64,000 bases of DNA, taken from Candidatus Poribacteria bacterium (GTDB lineage Bacteria; Poribacteria; WGA-4E; PCPOR2b). Within the stretch, counting starts at the first letter, position 1. Every line of letters starts with the position of its first letter. Below, piece after piece: positions 53,238-64,000 of this stretch. A program made the translations under genes and the position numbers. The notes under the pieces were generated by a model. It saw only the letters and a program-made list of their open reading frames with translations, had not been told where the DNA came from and did not search any database. The stretch lies in assembly GCA_965208675.1 (NCBI GenBank), contig OZ242351.1, positions 3,584,001-3,648,000 of the forward strand, written 5' to 3'.

Positions 53238-54065
53238 ATGATTATTGGCAATCCTATGATTTTCCTGAAATATCCTCTAGAAGAAGCGCTGCGTTCATTG
53301 GTTAAATTCGGGTTTGACGGCGTTGAACTTTGGCCGCCGCAAATTGAAGTGTGCAAAACGGACGAATTACGGAAGCAACTTGCAGAGCATATCTCCTCCT
53401 TGGGCCTGTCCCTCGTCGGATTGAATTGTGCAGACCCGCCTTACTTCGAGGCGCTTGACTCACCGGACGATGTCGAAGGAGTCGTTCAAGGGTTAAAACA
53501 GGACATTGATATCGCGGCTTCTATGGGAATGAGTCAACTCCTAAGCTGGGACGGGAGACGGCGAGAGAGTATGACGGACAGCGACCTTCACGGATGGGTA
53601 CTAGATGAAACCGTAAATATTTTCCGCGAAGCGGTTGCGTATGCTGAGACCAAGGGTATCACCATCACCGTGGAGATTCACCCTTTCACGGTGGGTATAG
53701 ACGTAGATTTTGCCTGCAAGCTGTATGACCGGGTTGATTCACCGTCGTTCGGTATCACTTATGACTCTTGTCACTTCGCAGTTGGATTGCCTAACGGCTA
53801 TATTGATGCCATCCCCAAGCTTGGGCATCGCATCAACAACGTTCATTTCGCCGACAGCGACAAACACAGTTCGGAATTGCATTTCGCACCCGGAACAGGA
53901 TGTTTGGATCTCGACGCTATTGTCAACGAATTGAAAGCGATTCGTTATCAGGGGCCCATGATGCTCGACCTCTGGCTATATCCTTTCCCGGAGGAGGGTT
54001 CAAAAATCGGTATGCCCTATATCCGTGACGTGATGAAAACCTTGGGATATCCGTCTGAAGCTTAG
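53238..54065 (+). CDS. Sugar phosphate isomerase/epimerase (xylose isomerase-like TIM barrel)
   Basis: GFDGVEL, VEIH, YDSCH, VHFAD, PGTG.LD. Confidence 0.88.
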   Translation: MIIGNPMIFLKYPLEEALRSLVKFGFDGVELWPPQIEVCKTDELRKQLAEHISSLGLSLVGLNCADPPYFEALDSPDDVEGVVQGLKQDIDIAASMGMSQLLSWDGRRRESMTDSDLHGWVLDETVNIFREAVAYAETKGITITVEIHPFTVGIDVDFACKLYDRVDSPSFGITYDSCHFAVGLPNGYIDAIPKLGHRINNVHFADSDKHSSELHFAPGTGCLDLDAIVNELKAIRYQGPMMLDLWLYPFPEEGSKIGMPYIRDVMKTLGYPSEA

Positions 54066-54199
54066 TTAATGCAACCGCCTGGCGCCCCGCACGCTTCGAG
54101 GGTGGGTGCCGCCACCATGAAGCTGGTGTGCGTGTTTGTTTCCGCCTGAAGACGGTATTACGATTTGCGGCAAAACCTCGTTGAGCCGATGATTATCTC

Positions 54200-54532
54200 A
54201 TGAAAAAGTTCACCTGCTATCTATTATTGATTGTTTTCCTATTGGCCTCCATCTCAACTGCCCACAGCGTCAGCGTCAAAACCCGGGGGAAATTGACGCT
54301 GGCGGCAATTTTGTTCGGCATCGCGGCTTTGACGAAACATTTGGTCGATCGGGATAAACAGACTGTCGAAGCGCTCCATGCCAAGCTGGGCGAGCCGGAT
54401 CGAACTGTTGAATATGAACGCGGATTTGATGCCTGGCGAATTGAGTGGTATGGCAATCAAAAATACATCTTTCGCAATTATGTCTTCCAGAAAATGGTTG
54501 AATCGGTTCAAAGCCCCAACGGTTGCGATTGA
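54200..54532 (+). CDS. Small exported hypothetical protein
   Basis: MKK + signal peptide; LGEPD motif. Confidence 0.7.
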   Translation: MKKFTCYLLLIVFLLASISTAHSVSVKTRGKLTLAAILFGIAALTKHLVDRDKQTVEALHAKLGEPDRTVEYERGFDAWRIEWYGNQKYIFRNYVFQKMVESVQSPNGCD

Positions 54533-54757
54533 GTTGATGTATCAATCTTCGGTTCGACCCTGATACGGCTCAAAAGAACTGATATGATTCATATGCTGCT
54601 TCTACAACCCGACGCGGCGTGAGGAAAGTTTTCCCATTTTTTCTTGTGATTATTCAGTCTTTCGGGAATCCTAATTTACAGATTAATATTTGCCGATTCC
54701 TAAATTTCTCAATTCCGCTTGGACAAATTTTCGTAGCGCGAAGAAAGGCAGATCGTT

Positions 54758-55357
54758 TTGCGGACTTCGGATGAAGAATTGATGATGAAATGTCGGAACG
54801 GCGACATGAGCGCATTCGAATTGCTGGTCATGCGCTATAAGGACGTAATTATCAATTTCATTTACAGATCTATCGGCGATTATCACCGCGCGGAAGATCT
54901 CACACAGGAGACATTCCTGAGAGTTTTTAGAAATTCGAGCCGCTATGAACCTAAATCAAAGTTTAAAAATTGGATCTACCTTATTGCGACGAATCTATGC
55001 CGGAACGAAGTTCGTAATCGCAAGCGCCGAAATACAGTGTTCTTTGACGATTTGGTACCCGATGAAGACTATGAAAACTACCCTGCATTGATGCAGGATG
55101 TAAAAAATCTTCCCGACGAAATCTACGAGAAAAAAGAACAACAGTTAATCATTCAGGAAAAAATCAACTGCCTGCCGGACAATCAACGGTTGGCGCTAAT
55201 CCTCGTGACCTATCACGATTTGAGATATGAAGCCATCGCGGAAGTGCTTGACTGTTCTGTTAGCGCCGTGAAATCCCTCATTCATCGGGCACGGCAAAAG
55301 GTAAAAAAACACCTCGTGGAAGTGGGAATTGGAGAGAGTTCTAATGCTAAACTGTGA
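54758..55357 (+). CDS. ECF sigma factor
   Basis: AEDLTQETF, WIYLIATN, LP..QR, YEAIAEVL..VKSLIHRAR. Confidence 0.93.
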   Translation: MRTSDEELMMKCRNGDMSAFELLVMRYKDVIINFIYRSIGDYHRAEDLTQETFLRVFRNSSRYEPKSKFKNWIYLIATNLCRNEVRNRKRRNTVFFDDLVPDEDYENYPALMQDVKNLPDEIYEKKEQQLIIQEKINCLPDNQRLALILVTYHDLRYEAIAEVLDCSVSAVKSLIHRARQKVKKHLVEVGIGESSNAKL

Positions 55358-55892
55358 AGATGTTCAACCCCAGATATCCGCTTATTTGGATCGGGAGATG
55401 CCGTTGTGGAAAATACAACTGATTCAGTTGCATCTCAAACGCTGTTCACCTTGTGCGCATGAGAATATGCGCCTGCAGCAAACCCACAAAATGCTGGGGC
55501 GGCTTGATTCGATTAGAACGTCAAATGAATTCCTGTCCGATGTGATGCGTCGAGTCTCAACCATCTCAAGCATAGAGCGGCAACGAGTTTTGCCCATCCG
55601 GCGAATCTTTCGCAGGTTGGAGTCCTCACTGACATGGCTGCAGTATCGTTTCTGGACACGCCCCTCATCCTACGCTTTGGGGTTATCGTTTGCATTGATT
55701 GTTACGGCGGCGAGCATCGCGACATTCTATCAACCGTTCAAGCAATCAAATCTGTCAGGCTCAATGCACATGTTAGCCCGTTCTCAAACGCAGGAACCGT
55801 TTATTCATGTCAACGAAATATTCTCGGTCGATCGGTTTACAAAACCCCACCTAACTCCTAAACACCGATCAATAATCCAAACTAATCCTTGA
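55344..55892 (+). CDS. zf-HC2 (ZAS) anti-sigma factor
   Basis: NC..ISAYLD..HLKRCSPC; one TM. Confidence 0.88.
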   Translation: MLNCEDVQPQISAYLDREMPLWKIQLIQLHLKRCSPCAHENMRLQQTHKMLGRLDSIRTSNEFLSDVMRRVSTISSIERQRVLPIRRIFRRLESSLTWLQYRFWTRPSSYALGLSFALIVTAASIATFYQPFKQSNLSGSMHMLARSQTQEPFIHVNEIFSVDRFTKPHLTPKHRSIIQTNP

Positions 55893-55906
55893 GATTCGTA
55901 AGCAAA

Positions 55907-57823
55907 CTACATGCTATAGGTCGGTATTTTGAGCACCACACCGATGACGCCCCAAATTGAGCCGCCTACGTAGTCTCCGAGAATTAGCCCGGCAAAAAAG
56001 GGAATCGCTTTTCGATACGCTTGCAATCCGCCGTGCCGTAGCACGACAGCCTTAATCGCCCAACTCACCAGCACGGGTAACCAGTAAAACGACATATCCC
56101 CCCACCGGCCGGTGCCGATGACGTAACCAATCGGATGGAAAGGCCACCAGAAAAACCGTAGTTTCATCGCTATCAAAAACAGCGTGAAGCCCAGCCCTGT
56201 GCCCATGGCGAGCATCGCGGCATAATCCACATCCGTCAGATAAATCAACCGCGTTTGCAAAGCATGAAAGGTGTGGCTCATCGGCACTAGTGTGTGACGC
56301 GCCCCGTAGCCGCCGAAATCATAAGAAAGGCCGAGATAAGTGATGAATGTTACGGGGATGCCGACTGCTAATCCTATCAGCATTGCCGCTAGGAGTTTTC
56401 TACTATCTATCCTTGCCTGACGACCGATATGAAAGGCTTCCAGTTGATTCGGCATGGGGTGTGCGGTATTGACGCGGTTCAACCAGAAAAAGAAGGACAG
56501 AACAGTTAAGCTGCTTGCGCCAATCATCCGCGTTCCCAGGGCTGACACCATCGTTGCCGCGGGGTCTTTGCCAATGACCTCGTGCATCGGCGGTCCCAAA
56601 CCGGCTCGGACTTTCGTCAGGCTAATCGCCATCAGGAAATAGATGCCGAAAAAGAGTAATACGCACCAAAGGGACGCCCCCGCCTTATATCCAAACAGAA
56701 GGACGCAAAGTACACCGCATATCGTTCCCCAAACTGCCCATTTATACGGCATCGGTTCCGCTGAATCATCCACATGATTTTTCCCCGGCATCGCCTGTTT
56801 GAAAACACGCTTCAAATGCCGCCGTCCAATCCATAAAGCGAGTATCCCTAACCCAATCCATGCTCCTTCCGATTGTTCGTCGAGATAGAGGTCGGTACGC
56901 CATCCCAAAACACTCTTCAGTACAAGCAGAAATTTGCCAAAAAAGTAAAAAAACCATGATGAAAAAGCCAAATCTAGGGGCATGAAAAAAGCCAAACCTA
57001 TCACAAAAGGCCGAGCAGTAAAAAGGATTGTGCCGACAGCATTCCAAGGTTTTTCTTGAAACAGGTGGGAAACGTTCTGGATTCCTATAGGGACAGAAGG
57101 AATAGCAGGATACAGAAAGTTGATGCCGTTGAGGACCTCAATCCCGCCGGCGACTCCAAACCCAGCCCACATTAACCGGTTCCTAAAGAAGCCTGTCGGG
57201 TTATTCCCCATTTCCAGCGGCAGCCAAGTGATGGGAAACGTTAACCGCTCATGTTCTGCAAACTGCTTCCTGAGTATCACATTCATGCAGATGAGGGTGA
57301 CGTATAGGACAAAAATAAAGGCGGACCACACAAGGAGCGTGGCGAGCCAACCCTCGACGTACTGAGCCATAAAAAACGATGATTCTCCCTCATAAAAACC
57401 GCGCAGTACCTCCTTGTCGCGGACGGTAAACCACCGAGGGATGTGGCCGCCGAATAGCTGCAACCAGTCATTTTCTGCTGTCTCGAACCAAAAAGGATAG
57501 GCAAGGATGTAGAGCAGGTACCCCATGTTTGTGTTTCCACTGAGCGTGGAAACCATGAGAACCATCACATAGATGACAAGGAGTTCGGAACGGTGGAACG
57601 CATATTGAGGACACGCTCGCCTCAACAAGAAATTCATGAGGACGAGCAAAAATAGGCAAAAGACGGTATTGATGAATAGTGAAATATAGGTGTGCAGTAT
57701 GCGCCCCGCCCACGTCGCCTCGTTCAGCCAGTAAGAATTTGCGATAATTAGGACGACGCCGATACACAGCGCTCTCAGTGTCAGACCGCTTGACCCGCTG
57801 TCAGACCGAGATGCGAACTCCAT
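55907..57823 (-). CDS. Multi-pass membrane protein, DUF6785/DUF6784-like (putative peptide transporter)
   Basis: ELLVIY, ERLTFP, WWPFHPIGY, PFFAGLILGD; many TMs. Confidence 0.8.
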   Translation of the reverse strand: MEFASRSDSGSSGLTLRALCIGVVLIIANSYWLNEATWAGRILHTYISLFINTVFCLFLLVLMNFLLRRACPQYAFHRSELLVIYVMVLMVSTLSGNTNMGYLLYILAYPFWFETAENDWLQLFGGHIPRWFTVRDKEVLRGFYEGESSFFMAQYVEGWLATLLVWSAFIFVLYVTLICMNVILRKQFAEHERLTFPITWLPLEMGNNPTGFFRNRLMWAGFGVAGGIEVLNGINFLYPAIPSVPIGIQNVSHLFQEKPWNAVGTILFTARPFVIGLAFFMPLDLAFSSWFFYFFGKFLLVLKSVLGWRTDLYLDEQSEGAWIGLGILALWIGRRHLKRVFKQAMPGKNHVDDSAEPMPYKWAVWGTICGVLCVLLFGYKAGASLWCVLLFFGIYFLMAISLTKVRAGLGPPMHEVIGKDPAATMVSALGTRMIGASSLTVLSFFFWLNRVNTAHPMPNQLEAFHIGRQARIDSRKLLAAMLIGLAVGIPVTFITYLGLSYDFGGYGARHTLVPMSHTFHALQTRLIYLTDVDYAAMLAMGTGLGFTLFLIAMKLRFFWWPFHPIGYVIGTGRWGDMSFYWLPVLVSWAIKAVVLRHGGLQAYRKAIPFFAGLILGDYVGGSIWGVIGVVLKIPTYSM

Positions 57824-57901
57824 CTGATAAGCTCCTGTGGCGAGGGATTTCAGATGTTCCTCTCTTATGTAAAGATAGGATGCGGCGGTGATTCATCCGT
57901 G

Positions 57902-58417
57902 TCAGCTTTCCTTCGCCTCCCTCATCAACTGCCCGCGCAGAACGTAGTCGTTTTTTCCAAGTCGCATGCGTTCGAGTTCTTCCGCTGTGACATCCCGCCT
58001 AATTTGCGCCGGTATGCCTATCGCCAAAGATTTGGCAGAGATTTCCTGTCCTTCGCGTACTACAGCGCCCGCGCCGACAATTGCACCTGCGCCGATTTTG
58101 GCACCAGTGAGAATAATAGCCCCCATTGATATCATTGCGCCGTCACCAATTGTGCAGCCGTGAATAATTGCACCGTGGCCGATCGTCACATCATCGCCAA
58201 TTATAGCCGGGAAGTTTCTGTCCATATGCACAACTGCGCCATCCTGGATGTTGCTGCGCGCGCCGATTTCGATGCGGTCCACATCGCCGCGCAACACGCA
58301 ATTGAACCAAACACTCGATTTTTCGCCAATGGCAACATCTCCGATAATCATAGCACCTTCGGCGATGAAAGCGGATGGATGAATTCTTGGCGTTGTATTC
58401 TGATAGGCGATTAGCAT
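57902..58417 (-). CDS. Gamma carbonic anhydrase family protein
   Basis: LRGD, SNIQD..VH, TIGHGAIIHGC hexapeptide repeats. Confidence 0.93.
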   Translation of the reverse strand: MLIAYQNTTPRIHPSAFIAEGAMIIGDVAIGEKSSVWFNCVLRGDVDRIEIGARSNIQDGAVVHMDRNFPAIIGDDVTIGHGAIIHGCTIGDGAMISMGAIILTGAKIGAGAIVGAGAVVREGQEISAKSLAIGIPAQIRRDVTAEELERMRLGKNDYVLRGQLMREAKES

Positions 58418-58441
58418 TTTCCCTCCAAGATGGTTTATGTT

Positions 58442-60079
58442 CTAACTCAGCAGTTTTCGTAGTGATCGCTTTCCAGACAAGTAGGATAACCCCCAAACCC
58501 CAATCATCACGACCAAGGTTGCAGCGATGCCGAGTAGCTTTAGCACGCTGATCGACTCGTCGTCAAGTACTGCAATGCCCCAAATGAGTGTTGGACTCAA
58601 CAACACAGCATTAACGGCAATTGCAAAAAGAATCGTTGCGATTCGCGTAACTGGCCTCTTACTCGAATTCCGATACGACTCTCCAATTTCCGCCACCCAA
58701 GGAAGCGCCCCCATCGCTGTGTTGAATGAAATTGCAGCAGCCGTCGTAAATGTTGTCACAATTAGGATCGGCAGCCATAGTTCGAGGGACACCCGAAACA
58801 GAATCAGCCACAGGCAAAACCCAACATTTGTGTAAGCAACCGAACAACAGCTCGCTATCAAGATTTTGCTCGTGAAAAGTAACCCTGGTGAAACCGGTCC
58901 AGATTTTAGAATCCACCACGTTTTCGCCTCGGTTTTGAACCCGCCCCATGTGAATCCTAGCGTTATCATCACGCTAATTATCATGAATTGGATTCCTAGT
59001 GCAATGTATAGCGGGATTAACTCTCCTCGATCTGCTCCACTACTGTCCCTGATTTCAGATGCTGCCTGAACCATTCCCACTATTGCGATTAGTGTAAATA
59101 TAACAACCGTCGTCACCTGCTTCCTATCTCGAACAAACACCCGAAAATCTTTTGCTAGAATCGCACGAATCTGCCCACGCCCTATGAGAGAGTTGCCGGA
59201 TTGTTTTTTCACTTTTCGATCAGCCTTTACTTCCACACGTCTCGCATACTCCCAACTTCGATAGTAAACCTTGGACGCAATGAGCACGCTCAAAACTGAT
59301 ATTCCCACACCCACAGCAATCAGTTGGGTTCCCCAACGCAGGGCGTGCATATTCGATTCAGGGAGCCAAGCCATCATCATTTTTGCCACCCACATGTGAG
59401 GAAACCAATCGGATTCCGGCACTTTCAACCGCTCGAGCGTAAATTCGGCAGCCAAATCCGCACCAAGGAAACTCACTGCTATAAGAAATCCGGCGGCTAA
59501 CCCAATGGTCGAACCGAGAATTTTTAAGACTTTTATCATCAGCCCCGACGAAAAAAAACGTACAATCAACATAGTTAATATGGAAATTGCGCTCACAACG
59601 ATTACAAGCAAGCAGAAACACGCCGGGAGAAGCGCAACGTAGAAATGCCAAGGCAGATGAAAAAGTTGACCGACAGCGAACCAAGGTGGGAGTAGCCAGA
59701 TGACCATACTCAAGGAATTCGCGGCGATGATTTGGATTAATTTAAACCCAAAAACAACAGAAGGCGGCAGCGGTGATGATAAAAGCAGCGATGTATCCGG
59801 TACCTCGTACAATTCCTTCATTGTACGCGCCATCGCATCCGTCATTAAGACGCAAATACCAAGCGTCATGAAGATATTAATTGTGCGTATTATCGTTGCA
59901 TTGCCCGGTTGGATTTCCACCGCTCTGAATACAGCGCGGCCTAACCAATAGAGTGCAGCAATCAGCACGAAGAAACCGAAAATCTCTATAGCCCTTTTGC
60001 GCTTCTCATTCGAAACGTATCGAAAACCATTCGTCCAACCGTACCAACTGGTTTTGAGTAAGATTGCTAATGTGCGCAT
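58442..60079 (-). CDS. ABC exporter permease
   Basis: Many TMs; LLLSSP, KDFRVF.RD, E..WWILKSGP. Confidence 0.8.
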   Translation of the reverse strand: MRTLAILLKTSWYGWTNGFRYVSNEKRKRAIEIFGFFVLIAALYWLGRAVFRAVEIQPGNATIIRTINIFMTLGICVLMTDAMARTMKELYEVPDTSLLLSSPLPPSVVFGFKLIQIIAANSLSMVIWLLPPWFAVGQLFHLPWHFYVALLPACFCLLVIVVSAISILTMLIVRFFSSGLMIKVLKILGSTIGLAAGFLIAVSFLGADLAAEFTLERLKVPESDWFPHMWVAKMMMAWLPESNMHALRWGTQLIAVGVGISVLSVLIASKVYYRSWEYARRVEVKADRKVKKQSGNSLIGRGQIRAILAKDFRVFVRDRKQVTTVVIFTLIAIVGMVQAASEIRDSSGADRGELIPLYIALGIQFMIISVMITLGFTWGGFKTEAKTWWILKSGPVSPGLLFTSKILIASCCSVAYTNVGFCLWLILFRVSLELWLPILIVTTFTTAAAISFNTAMGALPWVAEIGESYRNSSKRPVTRIATILFAIAVNAVLLSPTLIWGIAVLDDESISVLKLLGIAATLVVMIGVWGLSYLSGKRSLRKLLS

Positions 60080-60128
60080 GATCAGTAGCGAGTACACTGA
60101 TGTGTTGAATTACGCCGGTTACCTACAA

Positions 60129-60887
60129 CTATTCCGATAAAATCTTCACCATCTCACTATCCTCAACGTCTCCTGTGAGTTCCAAGAAAATCTCCTCCAA
60201 GTTCCTATCCACCGCGGTATTGTCTTGGCGTAGCTCATCCATCGTGCCGACTGTGACAAGTTTTCCCTCGTTGATGATACCAATTCGGTCACAGACCCGC
60301 TCCGCAATCTCTAAGATGTGTGTGCTCATGAACACTGTGCAACCGCGGTCACAAAGAAGGCGCAATATCTCCTTTACTGTACGAGCGCTTTTGGGATCAA
60401 GTCCGCTTGTCGGTTCGTCAAGAAATAGCACACGCGGTTCATGCACGAGCACGGCGGTCAAGAGAATCTTCTTCTGCATGCCGTAGGAATAGCTTTTGAT
60501 TAGTTCATCCTCGGCATCGACCAGATCCAGCATCTCCAACAGCTCCGCCATGCGTCTCTCGGATCGCTGCGAAGGTATTTCGTACAAATCTGCGATGAAA
60601 CGGACATACTGGCGTCCCGTCAAGGTATCGTAGAGATAGGGAGTGTCGGGCATAAGTCCTGTTAACGCCTTTGCCTGTAGCCCTTGGGTTTTAATATCAT
60701 ACCCGCAAATCGCCGCCGTTCCCGCGGTAGGGCGGATTAACCCGGTTAGCATATTTATCGTGGTGGTTTTTCCAGCACCGTTCGGGCCCAAGAAGCCAAA
60801 GAGTTCTCCGGATTCAATCCGCATCGTCAGGCGATCCACTGCAGTAAACTTGCCAAAAAATTTGGTCAGATTGGTTATTGTAATCAT
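60129..60887 (-). CDS. ABC transporter ATP-binding protein
   Basis: GPNGAGKTT, YSYGM, FLDEPTSGLDP, STH. Confidence 0.95.
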   Translation of the reverse strand: MITITNLTKFFGKFTAVDRLTMRIESGELFGFLGPNGAGKTTTINMLTGLIRPTAGTAAICGYDIKTQGLQAKALTGLMPDTPYLYDTLTGRQYVRFIADLYEIPSQRSERRMAELLEMLDLVDAEDELIKSYSYGMQKKILLTAVLVHEPRVLFLDEPTSGLDPKSARTVKEILRLLCDRGCTVFMSTHILEIAERVCDRIGIINEGKLVTVGTMDELRQDNTAVDRNLEEIFLELTGDVEDSEMVKILSE

Positions 60888-61208
60888 AGGGTGATGGCTT
60901 GTAAATTCGCCAGAATGAAATTTCCCTTGATTTGTCGGTTTCTGGTATATATCCTAATCTCCAGTATTATAAAGCCAAGTAGAAGGATTGAACAAGTGGA
61001 AATCGCCCTTGCCATGTGAACCTTCGGTATACACCTTTCGGTGATATTCGGTTCTCCCTTAAAAAATTCGTTCCCGTTCTTAGGTAAAATAGAACAGAGT
61101 TAACCCCATGAGCGATTGTCGCAGATGCATCATGCTCCTCTGTCAAATCTCACTCACTAAACCTCTCTTTTGAGTTGCCCATACCACTCTTTCGAAAGGG
61201 ATTTCCTG

Positions 61209-61237
61209 TTGACGAGATGCGGGCAGTTGAGTATAAT
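61209..61237 (+). promoter_or_regulatory. sigma70 promoter
   Basis: TTGACG-17 bp-TATAAT. Confidence 0.7.
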
Positions 61238-61368
61238 GTCGAAACGCTTTAAATCAGGTGGTTGCGCTGGATTGAAGGCACGGGGTTTTTTCGTACAGAA
61301 TGTTGTCAGTTGGTCCGGATTCTATATAACGGTATTTTAATTCACGATATTTATCTGGAAGAATGTGT

Positions 61369-63288
61369 ATGGTCGTACCCTACGGCTCATGGAAATCGCC
61401 AATCACTGCGGACGTTATCGTGTCTGAAACCAGCCGGTTTGGAGGACTTGCGCTTGACGGAGAGGATGTCTATTGGGTCGAGAGCCGCCCAGCGGAAGCA
61501 GGCAGATACATAATCGTTCGACGGACCCCGGACGGGCGGACAGAAGATATGACGCCAGTCCCGTTTAACGCTCGCACGCGCGTTCACGAATACGGAGGCG
61601 CAGCCTTTGCCGTCAGTGGCGGGACAATTTACTTCTCCAACTTCGCAGATCAACGCCTGTATTGTCAAAAGCCTGGCCGCACACCGTATCCGATTACTCC
61701 CGATGCCCCGCTGCGTTATGCAGATGGTATTTTTGACCGCCGCCGCAACCGGTTAATCTGCGTGTGCGAAGACCACACTGATGTCGAAGGCGAAGCCGTC
61801 AACAGCCTGAGTGCCGTCCGGCTTGCACACACACCGGACGTGCAGGTGCTTGCCTCTGGCGGTGATTTTTACGCCAGTCCGCGCCTAAGCCCGGATGGGT
61901 CTCAACTCGCTTGGCTCACTTGGAACCACCCGAACATGCCGTGGGACGGATGCGAACTCTGGGTCGGCGAGGTTAAGGAGGACGGATCCATCGGTCAAAC
62001 CGTAAAGGTTGCAGGCGGGCAAGATGAGTCGATTTTTCAACCCGATTGGTCTCCGGATGGCGTGCTGCACTTTGTCTCCGATCGAACTGGCTGGTGGAAT
62101 CTGTACCGCAGGAGCGATGGCGGCATCGAGCCGATGCGCCAAGTGGAGGCAGAGTTCGGGCGGGCGCAGTGGCTGTTCGGGATGTCCACCTATGCGTTCG
62201 AATCAGCCAATCGAATCATATGCACCTTCAACGAGCGAGGTGCCTGGTATCTCGGAAATTTCGATACAACTACGGGTAAGTTTGAACGAATTGAGACGCC
62301 GTATTCAGAAATCTCCTTTCTCCGGTGTGGTTCCGGGCACGCCGTTTTCTACGCGGGTTCGCCGACTACGCGCGAATCCATTATCCGACTCGACCTTGCC
62401 ACGCGCCAGACTCAGGTCCTGCGCCATTCAAGCAATGTTGTGATTGATGCTGAATATCTGTCCGTACCCCAAGGGATTGAGTTTCCTACTGAAAATGGGT
62501 TTACAGCATACGCCTTCTTCTACCCGCCCCAAAACTGCGGATACACCCCCCAATCCAGTGAACGTCCGCCGCTGATTGTTGTGAGCCACGGAGGGCCAAC
62601 CGGGGCAACATCGACGGCTTTAGACCTGAAGATTCAATACTTGACGAGCCGTGGTATAGCTGTGCTGGACGTGAACTATGGCGGCAGTACAGGCTATGGA
62701 CGTGCGTACCGCCAGCGGCTTAACGGCCAGTGGGGAACAGTTGATGTCGATGACTGCGTGAATGGCGTGCATTACCTCGCCTCGCTCGGTGCAGTTGACG
62801 AAGGCCGGACTGCCATCCGCGGCGGCAGCGCGGGAGGTTACACCACCCTCTGCGCCTTGACCTTCCGAGACACCTTCAAGGCAGGTGCAAGCTACTACGG
62901 TGTTAGCGACCTTGAAGCATTGGTACATGACACACACAAGTTTGAATCCCGATACCTAGATAACCTTATTGGCCCTTATCCGGAGCAACGCGATCGTTAC
63001 CGTGAAAAATCACCAATTCATTTCACCGATCGGCTATCGTGCCCGTTAATATTCCTCCACGGTCTTGAGGATAAAGTTGTTCCGCCCAATCAGGCGGAGT
63101 TAATGGTTGAGGCGTTGCGCGCAAAAGGGATGCCTGTCGCCTACCTGGCGTTTGAAAGCGAGCAGCACGGCTTCCGCCGCGCCGAAAATATCAAACGCGC
63201 CCTTGAAGCTGAACTCTACTTTTACGCAAAGGTTTTCGGCTTTGCACTTGCCGATTCGGTAGAGCCGGTGCGAATTGAGAATCTCTAG
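61369..63288 (+). CDS. S9 family prolyl oligopeptidase / acylaminoacyl peptidase
   Basis: PYGSWKSPI, HGGPT, GGSAGG, DKVVP, EQHGF. Confidence 0.93.
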   Translation: MVVPYGSWKSPITADVIVSETSRFGGLALDGEDVYWVESRPAEAGRYIIVRRTPDGRTEDMTPVPFNARTRVHEYGGAAFAVSGGTIYFSNFADQRLYCQKPGRTPYPITPDAPLRYADGIFDRRRNRLICVCEDHTDVEGEAVNSLSAVRLAHTPDVQVLASGGDFYASPRLSPDGSQLAWLTWNHPNMPWDGCELWVGEVKEDGSIGQTVKVAGGQDESIFQPDWSPDGVLHFVSDRTGWWNLYRRSDGGIEPMRQVEAEFGRAQWLFGMSTYAFESANRIICTFNERGAWYLGNFDTTTGKFERIETPYSEISFLRCGSGHAVFYAGSPTTRESIIRLDLATRQTQVLRHSSNVVIDAEYLSVPQGIEFPTENGFTAYAFFYPPQNCGYTPQSSERPPLIVVSHGGPTGATSTALDLKIQYLTSRGIAVLDVNYGGSTGYGRAYRQRLNGQWGTVDVDDCVNGVHYLASLGAVDEGRTAIRGGSAGGYTTLCALTFRDTFKAGASYYGVSDLEALVHDTHKFESRYLDNLIGPYPEQRDRYREKSPIHFTDRLSCPLIFLHGLEDKVVPPNQAELMVEALRAKGMPVAYLAFESEQHGFRRAENIKRALEAELYFYAKVFGFALADSVEPVRIENL

Positions 63289-63412
63289 CGATAAACTGAG
63301 CGGGTAGCGAAGGGAAGACTATCGCGCTCCTTATCTAGTCACTTAATCTGTCTACTATGAATCGACAAATAGGCACTTGTCTTACGCAATACCTGAAAAA
63401 GGATGCTTTGCA

Positions 63413-64000
63413 ATGTTCACTAAACGAAAGTACAAACTGTATTGCAGACTATCCCTGATTCAGATTTCGATTTTTTCCTTTATCGGTATCTGGTTTTGCC
63501 TTTCAGGTTGCGGCGAAGAGGAGACACCTGCACCAATCATTGTCAAAACGACAACGCCGCCTACGCTTATCGCTACTAATGTGCAAGGCGGCCCGATTCC
63601 TGTCAATACACCAATTATCCTCATTTTCAGTAAGAGAGTCCATCTAACCTCCGCACAACGCGGAATCTCAGTTCGATCTGCCATTGACGCCGAAGTTGTC
63701 AAAGGGGTTATCACCCTTGAGCAGCAGAATCGCGCAGTCAAATTCACACCGACAGAACAGATGACAGCCGGACCTTACGTCCTGACAGTTTTGGGTGTTG
63801 AGGATTTGGAAGACAACACATTAACCACGCCTTTTTCAATCTTTTTCAATACGGTTGAAGTCGATATCACACAACAACCCGCAGACGTTATACCGCCTAG
63901 GGTTGTAAATACTATTCCTGTTGAAGGTGGCTCCGTCAAAGCAACCGGCAGTCTTGTGGTACGTTTCGATGAAGAAGTGGATCCTGTTTCAGCACAAGCG
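63413..64000 (+). CDS. Lipoprotein with Ig-like (Big_5) domains, 3'-truncated by window
   Basis: Lipobox LSGC; IPVNTPIILIFS..FTP..; D..PPRVVNTIP..VRFDE. Confidence 0.8.
   Translation, partial: MFTKRKYKLYCRLSLIQISIFSFIGIWFCLSGCGEEETPAPIIVKTTTPPTLIATNVQGGPIPVNTPIILIFSKRVHLTSAQRGISVRSAIDAEVVKGVITLEQQNRAVKFTPTEQMTAGPYVLTVLGVEDLEDNTLTTPFSIFFNTVEVDITQQPADVIPPRVVNTIPVEGGSVKATGSLVVRFDEEVDPVSAQA

Overview
Bacterial chromosomal window, about 50% GC. Gene families and C-terminal motifs (the 'VEPxxKxxTxWxxLK' tail, dockerin/cohesin + FlgD-like modules, DUF6785-type membrane protein, PhyH) suggest Candidatus Poribacteria; this is inference. Main blocks: (1) 1-9.1 kb, a heme/Fe-S maturation-like cluster (USP, Mrp, AhbD/NirJ-like radical SAM, DUF420, ChdC/Cld) in which four proteins together carry six copies of the small PCP_red domain; (2) a GldF/GldG/DUF4340 module, tRNA-Leu, dut-thyA-folA, tRNA-Arg, a DUF350 operon, and trpC hit in its stop codon by an IS3; (3) 24-32 kb, a divergent GrpE-like/Hsp70/J-like triad behind a sigma54-type promoter, partly duplicated, with a canonical grpE captured in frame plus a dnaK stub; (4) a repeat-dense stretch with a possible orphan CRISPR leader/repeat and an intact IS3; (5) sodC, metabolic genes, queE; (6) a cobalamin riboswitch ahead of a dockerin-bearing beta-propeller and a cohesin protein; (7) an XRE / nuclease-coiled-coil-TM / vWA lipoprotein island; (8) an ECF sigma/anti-sigma pair, transporters, an S9 peptidase. 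Several MITE and REP families and a RAYT remnant are scattered through intergenic DNA. All family calls come from motifs read by eye; no database searches were run.
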